Origin: Bugula neritina
Lineage: Eukaryota; Animalia; Bryozoa
Assembly: GCA_964035545.1 (NCBI GenBank)
Contig: OZ037765.1
Coordinates: 22,691,504 to 22,755,503 of the forward strand
Length of the DNA stretch: 64,000 nucleotides
Direction of reading: 5' to 3'
Shown here: positions 1 through 15,200 of the stretch, in pieces
Layout: every line of letters starts with the position of its first letter
Numbering within the stretch: the stretch's first letter is position 1
Notes under the pieces: generated by a model
The model's input: only the letters and a program-made list of their open reading frames with translations
Database searches by the model: none
Told to the model about the DNA's origin: nothing
Position numbers and translations under genes: made by a program

Positions 1-133
1 TTAGCGTTGATAATCCACGAGGACAAAGTGCTTCGCTGCTAATATTTTGAACGCAAGCAGTATTGCTGGAATACTACAACTGATGCTGACAGGTGCTCAT
101 AAGTAAGAGACTAAGAAGTTATCTACAGGAAAC

Positions 134-3100
134 ATGGCAGCTGGACTTCAGCATCAGCAAAGTTTGGACAGTGTTTTGTCGTCATCAGAATCAGAGTGTA
201 GATGGATAAGTGACCAGAAACTGTTAGACAAACAGTCCACATCCTCTTCCCCAGGTATGTATGAGGTTTATTGTTTATATTTAGTAACCAGTGGCTAACA
301 AGCAAAGCAATGTTCAAATACATGCATTAGTGAGATGCAACCCTGAACTGTGTTTATAGCAATTTGGCTCAGGATTTCTATAAATCTAGTATTATACTTA
401 TATATTATACTATATTATAGTATTATCTTGAAATAAATTTGTTTGCATATGAACTTCCATCTATTAATAAAATATGTTGTGCTAAAATATAGCATTTTAA
501 AAAACGCATGTTATCGAAATGTGGCACACCAAAATGTTGTATTAACATCGGTATAGACCTAATATAAGCCTAATTATGTTCATATATATAGCTTTATTAA
601 AAAACCTGCTAACTGACTTTTGGTATAAACAACAAAACTATACATTTCTTCTGTTTTAAGTTTCAAAAACATCTACATACTAGAAGCTTACTTTTACATT
701 ATTAGTAGTAATTGTGTTGTAGTATTCATGAAAAGCTTATATTTCATTACATACATTGTATGGAAATAGATGGTGTATTATGTACTTATAATATACAGTC
801 TAGGAATGAATTCAAAACAAATAAATAATTATAAATGCACGTCAACATCAGTTGTCAAAAACTAATTGTAAAAATAGATAATCAAAATGTGAGCAAAGCG
901 CTCTTTGAATGCAGGTTATAAATTTCTTAGCATTGCCTGCATATTATTTATGGTATTATAGAAAGGGTATTGGTTGTCCAAAAAATTATTTCTATCTGCA
1001 GTAAAAAATTAATAACCATTTTGTAAAAATAACGGTTACTTCAAATTGTTGAGAATATAGGTCTGTGCATACACAACAAATGAGTGATTATGAGTTGTTT
1101 AGGCTAAACTGTATCCATGTTGTATAAAATTTGGTTAAAGTTAAGAGCAATCAACAAATAGTAGCTAATAGTTTCAATAATACAACTGTGCAGCCATTGA
1201 ACTGGTAGTCTCAATGTTTCCATCAAACATATTAAAAAAAGATCTTTATGGAATTGATGTAACAGAATAATTTTAAAAAGCAACTTTGGAACTATCAAAT
1301 CTGTCTTTGTGTTGTTACATCAAAGCACACACAGCATATTCCAGGTATTGCACAATAGGAGATTTACTAGTAGCAATAACTTGGCTATAAACACTGTAGT
1401 TATCATTCTATCATGCCAAAAAGAAGACATGTTGTAATTACATCAAGATTTATTTGGTATTCTAGGTAAGCATTTACTTAGATAAGTAGATCAATACTTG
1501 CAAAGTAAAATAATTCCCACGGCTAAATTTTAAAATATTTAGTAAATGAATTAGTCCCAGGGATAAGCTTTTACGACACATGTAGTAATAAACTATGATA
1601 TTTAAGTTTAAAAAGCTGTATATAAAATACACTTGCTAGAGGCTCTATTGCATGTATTTTTCTTTTGTAATTGTTAATATTCATAATTATGAATGAATGT
1701 GATTTCTATGAGTTTTTGCGTTTCTTGATAATGAGTGGTAATAAATAAATTCATTTGTAAATTTTAAAGGTTTTACCCTTGATAAATGGAGCCTACTTAT
1801 AAATTAATTCAAATTTTAAATTAGAAACTGTAATTAAAATGCAATGGATTAATTGGTTCCTTTATAAAAAGTATTTTTACTATTTAGATAATACTGTGTT
1901 ATTACTAGTGTATCATGTTTAACTACTCAACCCAGTTGTCCGTATCAACTATATCTGCAGTGCTATGGACCCATAGAGCATGGTCTTTATTACCTTTCTT
2001 TTTTCACCAATTATATGTAAATTTACTTTCACTTTTGACTAAACAAAACTAATAGCTAGCATAGCAAAAGGTCTACATCTAGAGTTAGCTAACTAATATA
2101 ATATAATTCATGATTGTTTTTGAGTTCAGTTAGTTGTAATAATTATCAAGTTTTCAAAACAGCATTAAAAGTTATTCTATTCTCAAGCAAGTAGCCTATA
2201 ATATGTATGTTAGTAGTTATTGCATTGTGATAAACAGCAAAACTTTACAAACAACTGATCCACTTGTTGCTACTGATTTTAGTAAACTGCAGCTGAAAAT
2301 CCTAACATGTCCTTCACGAAGTCATTGGGAACTTGAATAGTTTCAGTTCCGTTATTTCAGACTTCCAAATATATACAATGGTATACTTTACAAAAGTTAA
2401 ATGTTTTTGGGCAATAAATCACCTATAGATTAAAATATAAAATGACTATAACGCTCATCAAATGGTTAATAAATTTCAGGCCATTATCTATGGTCAAGGC
2501 AGAGCATTAACTATAATACCTACTAAATGGTTATAGGAAATTTACTATATTAAAACTACTAAAAGAGTCTAACTACTGCAGTTGACTTATATGCATTATT
2601 GATTGTTTATCTAGCAATTTACTCAATCATGCCAAATAATCTTAATAACTGGGGATATTTCATACTAGTTGTACCAAATCACAGACTCAAAGTTTTATTA
2701 CAGTCTTCTAAAAGAAGACATGCTCTTTAGATAATCCCACTAAAGTATTGAATTTTGATATAAAAAACTGGATAACTGTTTGCTAAGAAACTTAATAAGA
2801 TTGAGATCAGCATTAGTTATTTAACTGTTTTTTCTTCAAAATCAAATCATTTAGCAGCAACTTTTTAAGTTGACTTAATTTATTAAAGCTTAATGCCTAG
2901 AATAATGACTATGATGGTATGATTGCACATATTGCAGTGTAAGCATGATTACTGTACATTAATATATTAGCATAATAGTTATAATTATACAATATATTAG
3001 TAGCTATAATATAATTATGTATATTAAATAATGTAAGTTAGATATTACCAGGAAGTAATTTGTCTACAGCCGTTACCTATGTGTGGTGAAAGTTCATATG

Positions 3101-5070
3101 CACCACCCACCAACAAAACCTCAACACTTGCTGAGCAATTATTCAATGCACCACCAGGTTGGTTGGTTGGTCCCATAAGCTTCTTACGCAGACCATGCAG
3201 CTATATTTTTAACATAGTCAATAATTTTGCAAAAATTGAAAACATTCGTAATATTGTGCATTATTGTATGCCAGAAGTTGGAGCAAATAACATTAATTGG
3301 GGAGATATATCCTTCCTTATTTTAATTATTTTGTGATATTCAGCATATATTATCTTAGGGCTTAGTACATATATTCAGAATTCTTCTTTTAACTTTCCTC
3401 TTCATAAGGTATAGTAATATATTCTAAAAAATAGCTTATTCTTTTTTAAAATAAAGGACTATAGATTCTTATTTAATAAGCACATAAATAAGTAAAGACA
3501 AATACTTTGTAAAAAAAATTTTTCAACACTGAATTTAGGAAACGATAGAAAATATTTTAGCTGTACAATAAGAGTTTGATACTTTAACAAGAAAATAACT
3601 TTGACCTGCAGTAACACCACCATAAATATATAGATATAGTGAACTTTTAACAAGTTTATTCACTTTTACTAACTTTCATTATAGTCTAACTCTAAGCAAA
3701 TGAATGCTGTAGGACTACCCTACGATTAAAGTATTATTTCTAACTTTTTATTTTTTTTCACAGCAACTACAATAATGCTTAGTGAAGACATAATAATGAA
3801 GCTTGAAATTTATAGTTTAAAATTTCAGAGGGAGTAAGCAGTAACTCTTCAGATATGAAAGTGCCTAAGAGGCAGCGGACAGCGTTCACCAACACTCAGC
3901 TTCTAGAACTAGAGAAAGAGTTCCACTACAACAAATATTTGTGCAGATCTCGAAGAATAGAAATTGCCAAGTCTCTAAATCTAACGGAAAGACAGGTAGC
4001 TTACGAAACACAGTGTATATAATGCTACAGGGTATCATTTGCGGTCATTAATTCCGTAAATGGGATTTCCTTTTAAATCAATCTTAACTTACTTCCTTAG
4101 TGAGAAATTGATGGCAAGTAATTAACTGATTGTCACCATCACCACCAAGAAAAGATTTCACTCTATATGATGGTTTTCCTTGCCTATCACACCCACTTTT
4201 AATATTTTATTAAGCTTTAACTATCAAATAGACTAATATGCAATATTTTGATAACATATTTAAAATTATATATCTCTAGTCCTACCGAAAGCGCCTGTAC
4301 AAACTTTTATTTCGGTGCTCAATTCGAAGAAAAGTTACACAGGATGCCATTAGTTTTTGTTAACATAACACCTGCTTTACAGACACATTGTTTTATATGT
4401 CGGGATGTCAAAATAATTGTAAATATATATGCATATACTTTTTGGCATGCAATTTAACATTGTTTTGGTATTTATTTATATCCAAAAACTTTATTTTTAG
4501 TTTAACGTCGAGGCATAACTTTTAAGGCAGAGAGATACCCTGGTAAAATGTTTAAAGCTTTATATTGTGTGTATCATTTATTATTAGGTGAAAATTTGGT
4601 TTCAAAATCGGCGAATGAAGTTTAAGAAAGTTAATGCAGGGGGTTACGATGGCTCTTCCGATATGATGATGAAAGAAGATGGCTTCCATGCAGTGAGTCC
4701 AGATGCGGTCATGTTTCCTCATAATGTGGATCCATGCACCTCCATGGTTGAGCTTCCAAAGCCGTTGAACCTGGCTACAAAAGTAGATCTGCCGTATCCA
4801 TGCTATGCACCACCAGCCTCTGCTGTCCACACCTCCGCATCCAACGCCATGGGCATGAATGACTTTATGAGAAACTTTCATTACCAACCATCATATTACA
4901 GTCAATTGTCTACATCAGCTCTGGAGAGTCTTGGACAGCACCGGCAGCATACTGATAACATTCATACGTCCTCGTCAATGGCTGCTCAATATCAGCCTAA
5001 ATACTCCAACAACAATAGCATGCAGTATCAGCCAACACACTACGGCACACAGTATTACACACCTACCTAA
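134..5070 (+). CDS. Anterior Hox-class homeodomain transcription factor (Hox2/proboscipedia-like, with some Hox3-like residues), ~256 aa
   Basis: Model join(134..254,3829..3995,4588..5070) with GT-AG introns and consistent phases (1,0). Homeodomain reads [43 protein letters not shown]|[14 protein letters not shown], with an intron between Q44 and V45. [18 protein letters not shown] and RRIEIA are Hox2-like; [13 protein letters not shown] is Hox3-like. Exon 1 (MAAGLQHQ...ECRWISDQK...) is less certain than exons 2-3. Confidence 0.85.
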
Positions 5071-6202
5071 GTGCCTGTGACCTCATCATGTCAGGACCTC
5101 CGACATATTGAACTCATCAGCTAGTGGGCTGTTAACCAGTCTCACTGGTCAGCAAAAAAGAAAAGGTCAAAAATAATACTCCAAGACAAAGGGCTTCTCC
5201 ACATGCATATCACAGTACCCCGGTACAGTATGCATTTCTGCCCAGCAACCTCAAGCTAAATTATATCAAATTTATTATGCAAATATATTGTAAATATTAT
5301 TGATATAAAACATTTTATTTTTTAAATTTATTCTTTGATGTGATTATTACAAATCTTTCTATATTTTTCTATCATTTATATTAATTGCGTAATACTTAAA
5401 GGTATGCTATATTTTATATTACAATGAACAGAGACATTGCTAAGTGAAACGAATGTACTCGAAAATGGTGATACTGCTGGAGCACATTCGCCAAGCAATG
5501 AATGAGCTATAACTTTTGGAACTATAGTAATTCACATAGTAAAGCAGCTATGCCTCATGCACCAATGATGCATGTTGCACCAGTTAAACTCTCCTAACAT
5601 CTCACCATGCAGCTTAAGGCCACACAGCAGTATCTGTGTTCTTCCAGGTTAAGTTATATAATTCACTACCACCCTAGATTAAATCACTCTATAATCCTTT
5701 GTTCGGAAATCTTAGCTCTTAATGCTTCAGTAGAAGAGAATAGATGAGTGAAGAGATACCCCTGGTGCAACTGTATTTGCGGTGAGGAACGTGCATTACA
5801 ACCCACCAACTTTATACCCAATATTTAGTTGTCTAACAGATTCGAGTCTTACTTTGTCATTTGACATCCTGTACTGTGATAGTCTCAGAAGACACTTTTT
5901 CAATCTTTACTGATATTAGACAAATTTTAATAGTGCATGATGTCAGACAAAAGTTTTATTTAAATATTTTCATAATAAACTTTTAGAGCAGATGAAATAT
6001 GAACAATTATTTATCTAACCATTGGGTTAATGTTTAATGATGTTAAATGCCAATAATTCATGAAATATCAATTGGCATGTAGAACTATTAAAAACTCAAA
6101 GTGCTTCAAGTCTAGAGCATATCACCTGACTATCACAAAACAAAGACCCAAAACTCATATTTGTGATTTACATTTTGGCGATAATGTTGGATGCAGCGAG
6201 TG

Positions 6203-9200
6203 CTAAGTGCTTGATTGTTCAGTAGTATGAATCCGACGACGAATACTTGTATCATCTCTCGTCATATCTTGTGAATCTATTGGGGTTACACCCAACCCTG
6301 AATCTTCTGTAACACTACCAATATCAATAGTCTTACGCTCTGGTGATTGCAGACTAGTGTGAAACCCTTTTGGTGCCAACTCATTGCCATGGTTATCTTC
6401 ACTGCGAACTAGTACATCCTCATTGGGAGGCCGGCCAGGTGAGCTCGAGTCAGAATGTGATTTTAACCTGGGATCAATCTTTGATCTGAGGGCATACCAA
6501 GAAGAACTGGTAATAATAAACAGAATGTACCAAATGCAGGGGATTAGAATCACTGCTGTCGTTAGAGGCCAGTTATACATGTAATACTTGAGTCCTCTGA
6601 ATTGAGCTTTCAACACTAGTTGAGCGTTATATATTTGTAGTTGTGGATTGTCGATGTTTATAGATATGAGAGAAGTTTTCTTGTACGGACTCTCTTGGTA
6701 GTTTGTAAACAGTTGCACTTTGCGCAGTTGTTTCTGATCAGAGAAGTCTAGAAGGTAGAGCGGGGCGTAGAACAACGTGTCCAGTATTTTTAGTAGCCAT
6801 GACCGATATTTCAGCATCAGCAGACGGCTACTTGAGGTCAGCAGTGCATTTTTCTAAAAAACAGAATCAACACATTTCTATACAACTAATCTAATATATA
6901 TTACACTAAACATACTGGAGATTACTACCTGTCTATGTGCCATTTGTAATGCAAAGTAAATACAACATCATGTGAGGGAACCAAAAATACCACAAATTTC
7001 TCCAGCAACGCTAAACTACTGGCCGTGGTATGCATTAAACTAAATAATCAAGTTAATAGAATAATTTGAATTTATTTATTGGAAGATTAAGGGTTGGCCT
7101 GACAATTAATTATGCAAAGACAAGTGACTATTTATGAACAATGAATAAGGGTAAATGAATTTAAATATCAATATATATGTAAAATAGACATAAACATGCA
7201 TAGAACACAACGGAGTTTCCATATATTATTTATTCCTATTGTGGTAGAGCTACATAGTCCGGTCCTGTAAGAGTTTTAGAGGAACAGCCTATCCTGGTGG
7301 TATTACTAAAGATAGTCACAAATATAGTTGGGATTTTGTAGCATTGAAAGAGACCGGACTAGGTTACTATAGTTCAACTAGAGAGGGAAAACACCAGCTT
7401 AAGTTTGTAAGCACACCATAGGATTTGGGTTCTACTACCAAAAACTTTTAGCAACGTCACTAGTTCAGTAAAATGTTTATGGCACTGGATTAAAAATTGT
7501 TATAAAATAAAAAATAAATACAAAATGTTATATTTCAATGGTTTAGAGCACATTTTCTGGAATAGAAGTGCTAAAAGAGAAAGTTGCTGGAAGCAGCACT
7601 GAGTTGGTGGTCACTGAGTGCATTGGTTAGGGAGGGGTTGGACAAATTCTGCACTAAGTCACCCCCGACGCAGTGCTGCTTCTAGCAGTATTCGCTAAAA
7701 GAGGCTGGCTGGACCAAGCTCGTAACATATAACCAATGCTAGAACGTATCGTGTAAGTCAGTCTGCAAGAACAACAAATCTCTGGCCCATGAGCCAAGTG
7801 CACAGCTGGCTTATACTATCAGAAAACGCTAGAGGCAGCACAAAGTTTGGAGTTACACAGTGCAGTGATTAGGAGTTTGAATAATGAGAGGTAGACAATG
7901 TGCTCAGCAACCCCAAACTTTGTGCTGCATCTATCAATCTCCTGCTTATAAAACTGCCAACTAGGAACATACATTATCATAAAAGAGAGCAGAAACCATG
8001 AATGTTCCAGCCATCTGGTTCACATCAGAGTCGGGCATGTCCAGCTCCAGCTCAACGTTGTAGGATTGGCCAGGCCTAAGGAAGTGCTGCAGATCACCAA
8101 ATACAACCTCAGTTTGTAAACCTTCCACTACTACTTTCATAGTAGATCCATCCACATCTACCCTGTCCTGTTCAAACAGATTTATTATCAACTTTCAGGG
8201 AGCATTCTATTATCTTTTATCTGTCCAAATCTAGTAGTGCAGCATTTTCAAATTTATTATAGTTGAATAACAAAATGCAAATATTTTTTAAACCATGAAC
8301 TGACAAATATAATATTTATAGTATTATAATAACCGTAACATAATCTTTATAACAGAAATACAAATGGAGAAGTCAGCATAAATAAATAATAAACTGTGGT
8401 TAGCTAGATGTAGATGTGCTAGGCTTGAGATTACAATTCCCCATTTGTGATGTCACAGAGAGCACTAACCACAGTTGCTCAATCATAATGAAAAATTGCG
8501 CTCAAAATTTGTACTATTGGAATTTTCTACTAAAAAGAAACTAGGTACTAAACTTTAAAAATATAATACCCAACAGTTGTAACATGACAGCACACAAATT
8601 CACTTTTTAATCTAATTACCTATAAATCTGCTACTCTATCCTTACATGATAGTAATAATGGTAAGAAATATGAAGTCTGTTCAGGACAAATGGCTCGTGA
8701 GTCAATGCAGTTTTTTATAGTTTAATGAGCTGACAAACTTATACTACACAAATGGAATGTGCAGTAGGTAAAAGTGTGTGAAGACAGAAATGTGACGAAA
8801 AGTGACGCCCAGTAACACAAGCCTTCAGTGGTTACAGCAAAGCAGCCCACTTGTGTTTCCTGCACAAAATCCAACTTCTGCAAACTTAAAAACCACTTTT
8901 GATAAAGTCATAAAATCCCCAGAGTTGAAAATACTACACCTTAAAATATGGAAGAAATTAAATTATGCACAAGATATTTTTTATGGTTTACAAAGAGTAA
9001 ATAAAAATATATCACATTCTCACAATGCACTTTTATTAAATTACCAGATAATAAAGATTCAAAATCTTAGCTAGTGGATTTACACAAATAAAAACAAGTT
9101 TTCTTTAACAATACTTGGGAATGGTCACACAATCAGCATTAAAAGATATGACAACCTCAGTAGATTGACGTTATGATGCAACACACTTTATATATCATTC

Positions 9201-12200
9201 ACCTCATTACCGTATTTTGAAAGCAACGGCTGATCTTAGTTTAACAGCACTTAGCCTAGGGCCACACGGTGCGTATTTTCGCATGCGAAAATTGAAACCA
9301 CAAGTAGCAAAGGCGTCCACTGTAGCGTCAGTGATGCGTGATAAATAAAGCTTTCATTTTTAAATCGCACTCGCTTTCAATAAAACGCAATTTACTGGAA
9401 TTTAGCACTAAAATAACGAAATTGGGCTCGCTTAATCACTACCAGCCAATTAGGTGACGACGACAGAGACGATTCGCACTTGCGTTGAAAATGCAGAGCG
9501 ACAAGTGCGAACGTTTTCTCAACTCGCACAGTGGACACCTTTGCTACTTGTGATTTCAATTTTCGCATGCGAAAATACGCACAGTGTGGCCCTAGGCTTA
9601 GGCTAGAAATACAACGACTACTACTATTTAAATCATGTTATGTGAAACACCATGTCATCTGGAAAATTGGCAAGATTGCAATTTATTTATGTAGAACATT
9701 TGAACAGATGAGTATTAATGCTTTATATAACTTTTAATAAAATAAAATTTTCATTTCGGTGTTGTGTCATCATGCCAATGATTCAAGCATCTATCAAGCA
9801 CCAGCTCACATATGTCATGATACAGCATGACACCATTCCACTACTGAAGCAATAAAGCACTACGCAATCGACAGGAAGCATTCTGCTCTACTGCCCAAGA
9901 TCTCTACTGATTGTCAACTTCACTTTCACTGAATCAAAACTTTCACTGAATCACATAAAAAACTGTAGTCTCCAAAGATTTTGAAACGAAATTCCATAAA
10001 CGATTGCACTTAAACTACCTGCACATTAAAAGAACTGGTGAATCAATTATGGAGTATATGCTAATATTGATACTTTTATGCTTGCGAAATTAAAAGGTGA
10101 TGCAATGAATTTCAGCAACCAGAGTTGATGATTGCAACCTACTTTGTCAAGACAGAAAAAAGGATTGAAGTTTGAAACTAAAATTAAATCAATATTATAT
10201 AATATTTTCTAAAAAACGTGATGAAACCTAATCTAAAAATGGAATTAAATTAGAAAACTAAAAAAGAAAATCCCCAGGATATTAGCATACATTAAGTAAC
10301 AGCAAAAAACCTGATTAAAAAGAAACAAAAAAGCGCAGATTAATTTAAATGCCAGTACAAATCAAATCACATTAATTCTACATTTTCATGCAAATTAATT
10401 TTTTGTGTAATTAAGTTGAGTAATGGCAGATTACTCAACTTTTTTAAAGCAAGGAAAAGAGCATATGCAATCATTTCCATTAAAAACTGGACATTGATCA
10501 AATTTCAGTAAAATATTCCATAGCCCTTCATACTCCCACAAACCATTAATCTTCGCAGATATTCATCAAATCCCCCCTCAATATAGGAAAGTTGTTTAGC
10601 TCAGCTATTGAAGGAAAAAAGTAGTCAAAGGTAAGCAAGAATAAACTACAGAACTTTGTTCACATATGAAAAAATGGACATTAACAGTTCACCTAACAAT
10701 TCGAATAACCATTCGTCTACTGACTGTATACTTTAATGAAAGTTCTATTGGTGTATATTACTAGGAGCCACAGGAGGATCTTGCAAGACTGGAATATGCT
10801 TCCAGTTTTAATTTTGTCATTAACTAAGTATGTTAAATTATCTTACAAGACAAGAAAATCGCCTATACACCCAGAATCATGAAACTTACATCCTGTCATT
10901 ATGTATTGATGCAAAAAAAGTTATATAATAGTAGTAATAACTATCATAAATGTTATATATAAAGCAAATTATTAAAATACATCAATTTTAAATTTTACTT
11001 ACACTTGAAATAGACCAGAAAAGACACACTCGAAGTATAGAGTACAGCATGTGATGAAAAGTAATTTAAATTTACTTCCAAGAAACTTCACTGATTATTT
11101 GTTTAGATATTTATAAGCGATATAATTGGAAGCCAAGCCTGCCATACAGCTAGTTCGCCATAAATCACTCGATTCACTATCACGTGGTATAAAAGACAGC
11201 CTGCAGTAAAATGTTTACTGTATGTAATTAGTCTAATTCCTAGTTTATATTTAAGTAAATATCTATTGTCAATAATAACTAAATGTATTTTACTCAGACT
11301 TTTGTAACAGGTCAAAGAGTTGTTGTAGATTATCAAACCAAATAAATGAAACTCTTAGTTGTGTATTCAAAGCTGGCAAAAAATTACTTACAAAATTATA
11401 TTAATATGAAACTAGGTTACGATTATTTAGAATGCTAGAATACAAGTATCAAAGTACAACCATAGCAACTTGTGAAAAAATATTTATTAGATCAAACTGT
11501 AATTAATATTCATCAAGATCTTCAGTTGGAATAATGAGGAAGCTAGAGAAAGGCAGTACACGGTCATGCACTATATTGCAAAGTTTCTTGTACAGTTTTA
11601 CATAATATGAAAAGTACAGTATGTTTTGATCTATAATACACAGAAACAATAATATATGGTGATGCCATCGTTGTTATAGCTTTCCTTTGGTTGCAGAATT
11701 GTGCTGTAGAAAATAATAGGTTTTACAATTTTAAAATGATAAGCTAATAATTGTACAAGTTTGCTTATATATGATAAAACTCTTTTCCAACATACTACTG
11801 TATTACTTATAACCGATGCAATGCTCAGTAACATTTTAGCTTTTTTATATCTTGTACAATGTTGGCACCAAGTTAACAGAAATGGCCATGGCTACCTATG
11901 CTTCCAAAACATTTTTTATAAACCAAGGTTATAGTTTGCGTAACAACTTTGCATTGAATCTTCCTATTCATTATTTCTATTATTCTTTTAAAAACAGCAT
12001 ACGCTAACTTATGAATAAGAAAAGCTAGTAATAAAATAAATGAAAACATAAGTTATTATAGCAAATGGAGACATGGAAAAAATAGGAGTTGTCATAGCCT
12101 AGTAAATCAAGTAAACAGAAGATAACTCAAAATCAAATGAGTTTTACAAATTTAGGCGTTTCTTAAATCATAAGAATACAACACGAAGAGTTACTTACAA

Positions 12201-15200
12201 GTTGATCAACTGCTGAGATGTTTTTTTACAGCTGCAATGTGTATGAGAACCTAGTGCTAAATTTTTTTAAGGCTATGGCCTTCTTTTGCCTCAACCCATG
12301 CTAGCAACTGAAGAACTTTAAAGTAGAAAAAGAGTGATTTCAACTGAAAGTGTATTTCAAATTCACCAGTGACTCTTGTGGGATTGAAAATATCAATCTA
12401 GTACAATGTATGTAAAACTAGACCAGCACACCTATCCACTAGAATTACAGTTCAACCACAATACTCGTGTAATAATGCTGCACATTACATATTAATAATA
12501 CTATTGGAGTATTAGAGTATAATAATACTGTACGTAATACATGTATCTAATAAAATTAGAGTTTAACAACCCGACTTTCAATACAATACGTAAAATATAG
12601 CAGAAAACAATCATTGTAGTAAAGTTAAATACCCAACAGGGTCACTCAATGTCAATACAAGAGACAATCACCGGCTTTCCATGTACCGATCTCAGATCGA
12701 TCTCAGGGAGATCGATCCATGGAAAGACGTCAAAGATCGATCTCAGTCGTTCTGAGCTGGTCGGTCTGTAGAGCTCGAACTCAGATCGATCTCAAGGTAA
12801 TAAGACCATGGAAAGACGAAAGATCGATCCGAGAAGTAGAAAAATGACTGCTCGCTAAAATGTCGTCTGCTAATAAAAATGATAACTTATTGTTAATTAC
12901 TAAGCAAAGTACTTAATAATTAAGATAGCCACCTTTTCAAGTGGCAAAATTTTGACTTTCAGTAAAATGATTAAGAAAACTTGATTATGTAAAATTATAG
13001 ACGGTAGAAGATACAAAAAGTGAGAGCATTTAAATTGAATTTAAACGACTAGTATAACGCACTGTCATTAGTTATTTGCTGCGTAATTTTAAGCCTAAAA
13101 GTCCCATAAGTTTATGAATAAGCTGCACAACAGCTATTAATTTTATATAAGCTGTCAAGCTAAAATATTAAAATTAATTATCTTAAATTGGCCAAATTAC
13201 TCCATACTAAAAGCTTTACTGCGTAGAGTTTATAGCTGACGTTAAATTTTAGACTATGAAAATTTTGTTTTTCACCAGCAGTAACTTTTATCACTCAGGT
13301 GGGTGAAAAAATTATACTATTAGTCTTCACCTAAGAGGAGGCAACTCCGAGAGATCGATCTGACACTCTCATGGAAAAACGATCGATCTGAGCACATTAC
13401 TCAGATCGATCTCAGCGAGATCGATCTGAGATCGGTACATGGAAAGCCCGTGAATCACCGGCTTTCCATGGATCGATCTCAGATCGATCTCGGCGAGATC
13501 GATCTGAGAAATGTGCTCAGATCGATCGTTTTTCCATGAGAGTGTCAGATCGATCTCGCGAAGTTGTCTCCTCTTAAGTGAAGGATACTTTAAAATTATA
13601 ATTTGTTCACCTATTTGAGTGATTAAAGCTACTACTGTTGAAAACAAGATGGTAGTAGTCTAAAATTTAATCCCAGCTATAAACTATACGCAGCAAAGCT
13701 TTCAGTGTATGGTAATTTGGCCAGTTTAAAATAATTAATTTTAATTTTTTAGCTTGGCAGTTTATATAAAATTAATGGATGTCTTGCAGATTATTAATAA
13801 ACTTACAGGACTGTTAGGCTTAAAATTACAAAGAAAATAGCTAATGAAACTAAGTTTTGAAAGTCATTTAAACTCAATTTAAATTTTCCCATTTTTTTAC
13901 CTTCTACTGCATATAATCGAGTTTTCCTAATCATTGTACTGAAAGTCAAAGTTTTGGCATCTGAAAAAGTGGCTATTATGATTATTTAATACTTTGTTTA
14001 GTAATTATCAATAAGTTATCATTTTTATTAGCAGACAACATTGTAGCGCGCAGTCTTTTTCTACTTCTCAGAACGATCTGGCTTCTTTCCATGGTCTTAT
14101 TGACATGAGATCGATCTGAGTTCAAGCTCCACAGACCGACCAGCTCAGATCGACGGAGATCGATCTTTGGCGTCTTTCCATGGATCGATCTCACTGAGAT
14201 CTATCTGAGATCGGTACGTGGAAAGCCGGTGAAGGCAATAGGACCATGGAAAGACGAAAAATCGATCCGAGAAGTAGAAAAATGACTGCTCGTTAAAATG
14301 TTGTCTGCTAATAAAAATGATAAATTATTGTTAATTACCAAGCAAAGTATTTAATAATTACGATAGCTACCTTTTCAGGTAGCAAAACTTTGACTTTCAT
14401 CAAAATGATTAAGAAAACTCAATTATGTAAAATTATAGACGGTAGAAGATAGGAAAAGTGGGAGCATTCAAGTTGAATTTAAATTACTAGTAAAACTTAC
14501 TTTTACTAGTTGTTTGCTGCGTAATTTTAAGCGTCATAGTCTCGTAAGTTTATGAATAATCTGCAAGACAGCTATTAATTTTATATAAGCTGTCAAGCTG
14601 AAATATTAAAATCAATTATCTTAAATTGGCCAAATTACTTCATACTAAAAGCTTTACTGTGCAGAGTTTATAGCTGGCGTTAAATTTTAGACTATGGAAT
14701 TTTTTGATTTTCAACAGCAGTAGCTTTTATCACTCAGATGGGCGAAAAAATTATACTATTAAAGTGCTCTTCACTTAAGAGGAGGCAACTCCCCGAGATC
14801 GATATGACCCTCTCATGGAAAAACAATCAATCTGAGCACATGTCTCAGATCGATCCATGGAAAGCCCGCGACTGTCTACAATTATTCTTAAACACTCTAT
14901 CATAATGTAATTGAGGTTACAGTAAGCTATGTCAAGAATGGATATTTTTATATCTGTAATTCTAGTAGTTTTACAAAATGTTGTTTCAAACATATTTTTT
15001 AATTAGTTCAACATTCACATATAAAGTAAGTTTGTTCAGGAAAGAAGCATCTGATTAAAACAAACTTATGAAGAGACATACCTTAACAACTTGACTCTTT
15101 TGAAAGTAAAGTTGGCGTACAAGTGATGTTTGTGGGATATACACATAGTAGAATGTTCCATATATGAATGCTGCTATTATACTGACAAGTGTAATCAATA

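Noticed and set aside
4552-4887. 111-aa antisense ORF over Hox exon 3 (and similar antisense ORFs over other exons)
   Set aside because: These are shadow ORFs of real coding exons with no recognisable motifs.
13369-14993. ORFs with repeated SQIDL/RSIHGK peptides
   Set aside because: They are translations of GATC-rich subterminal repeats of the non-autonomous TIR elements, not a transposase.
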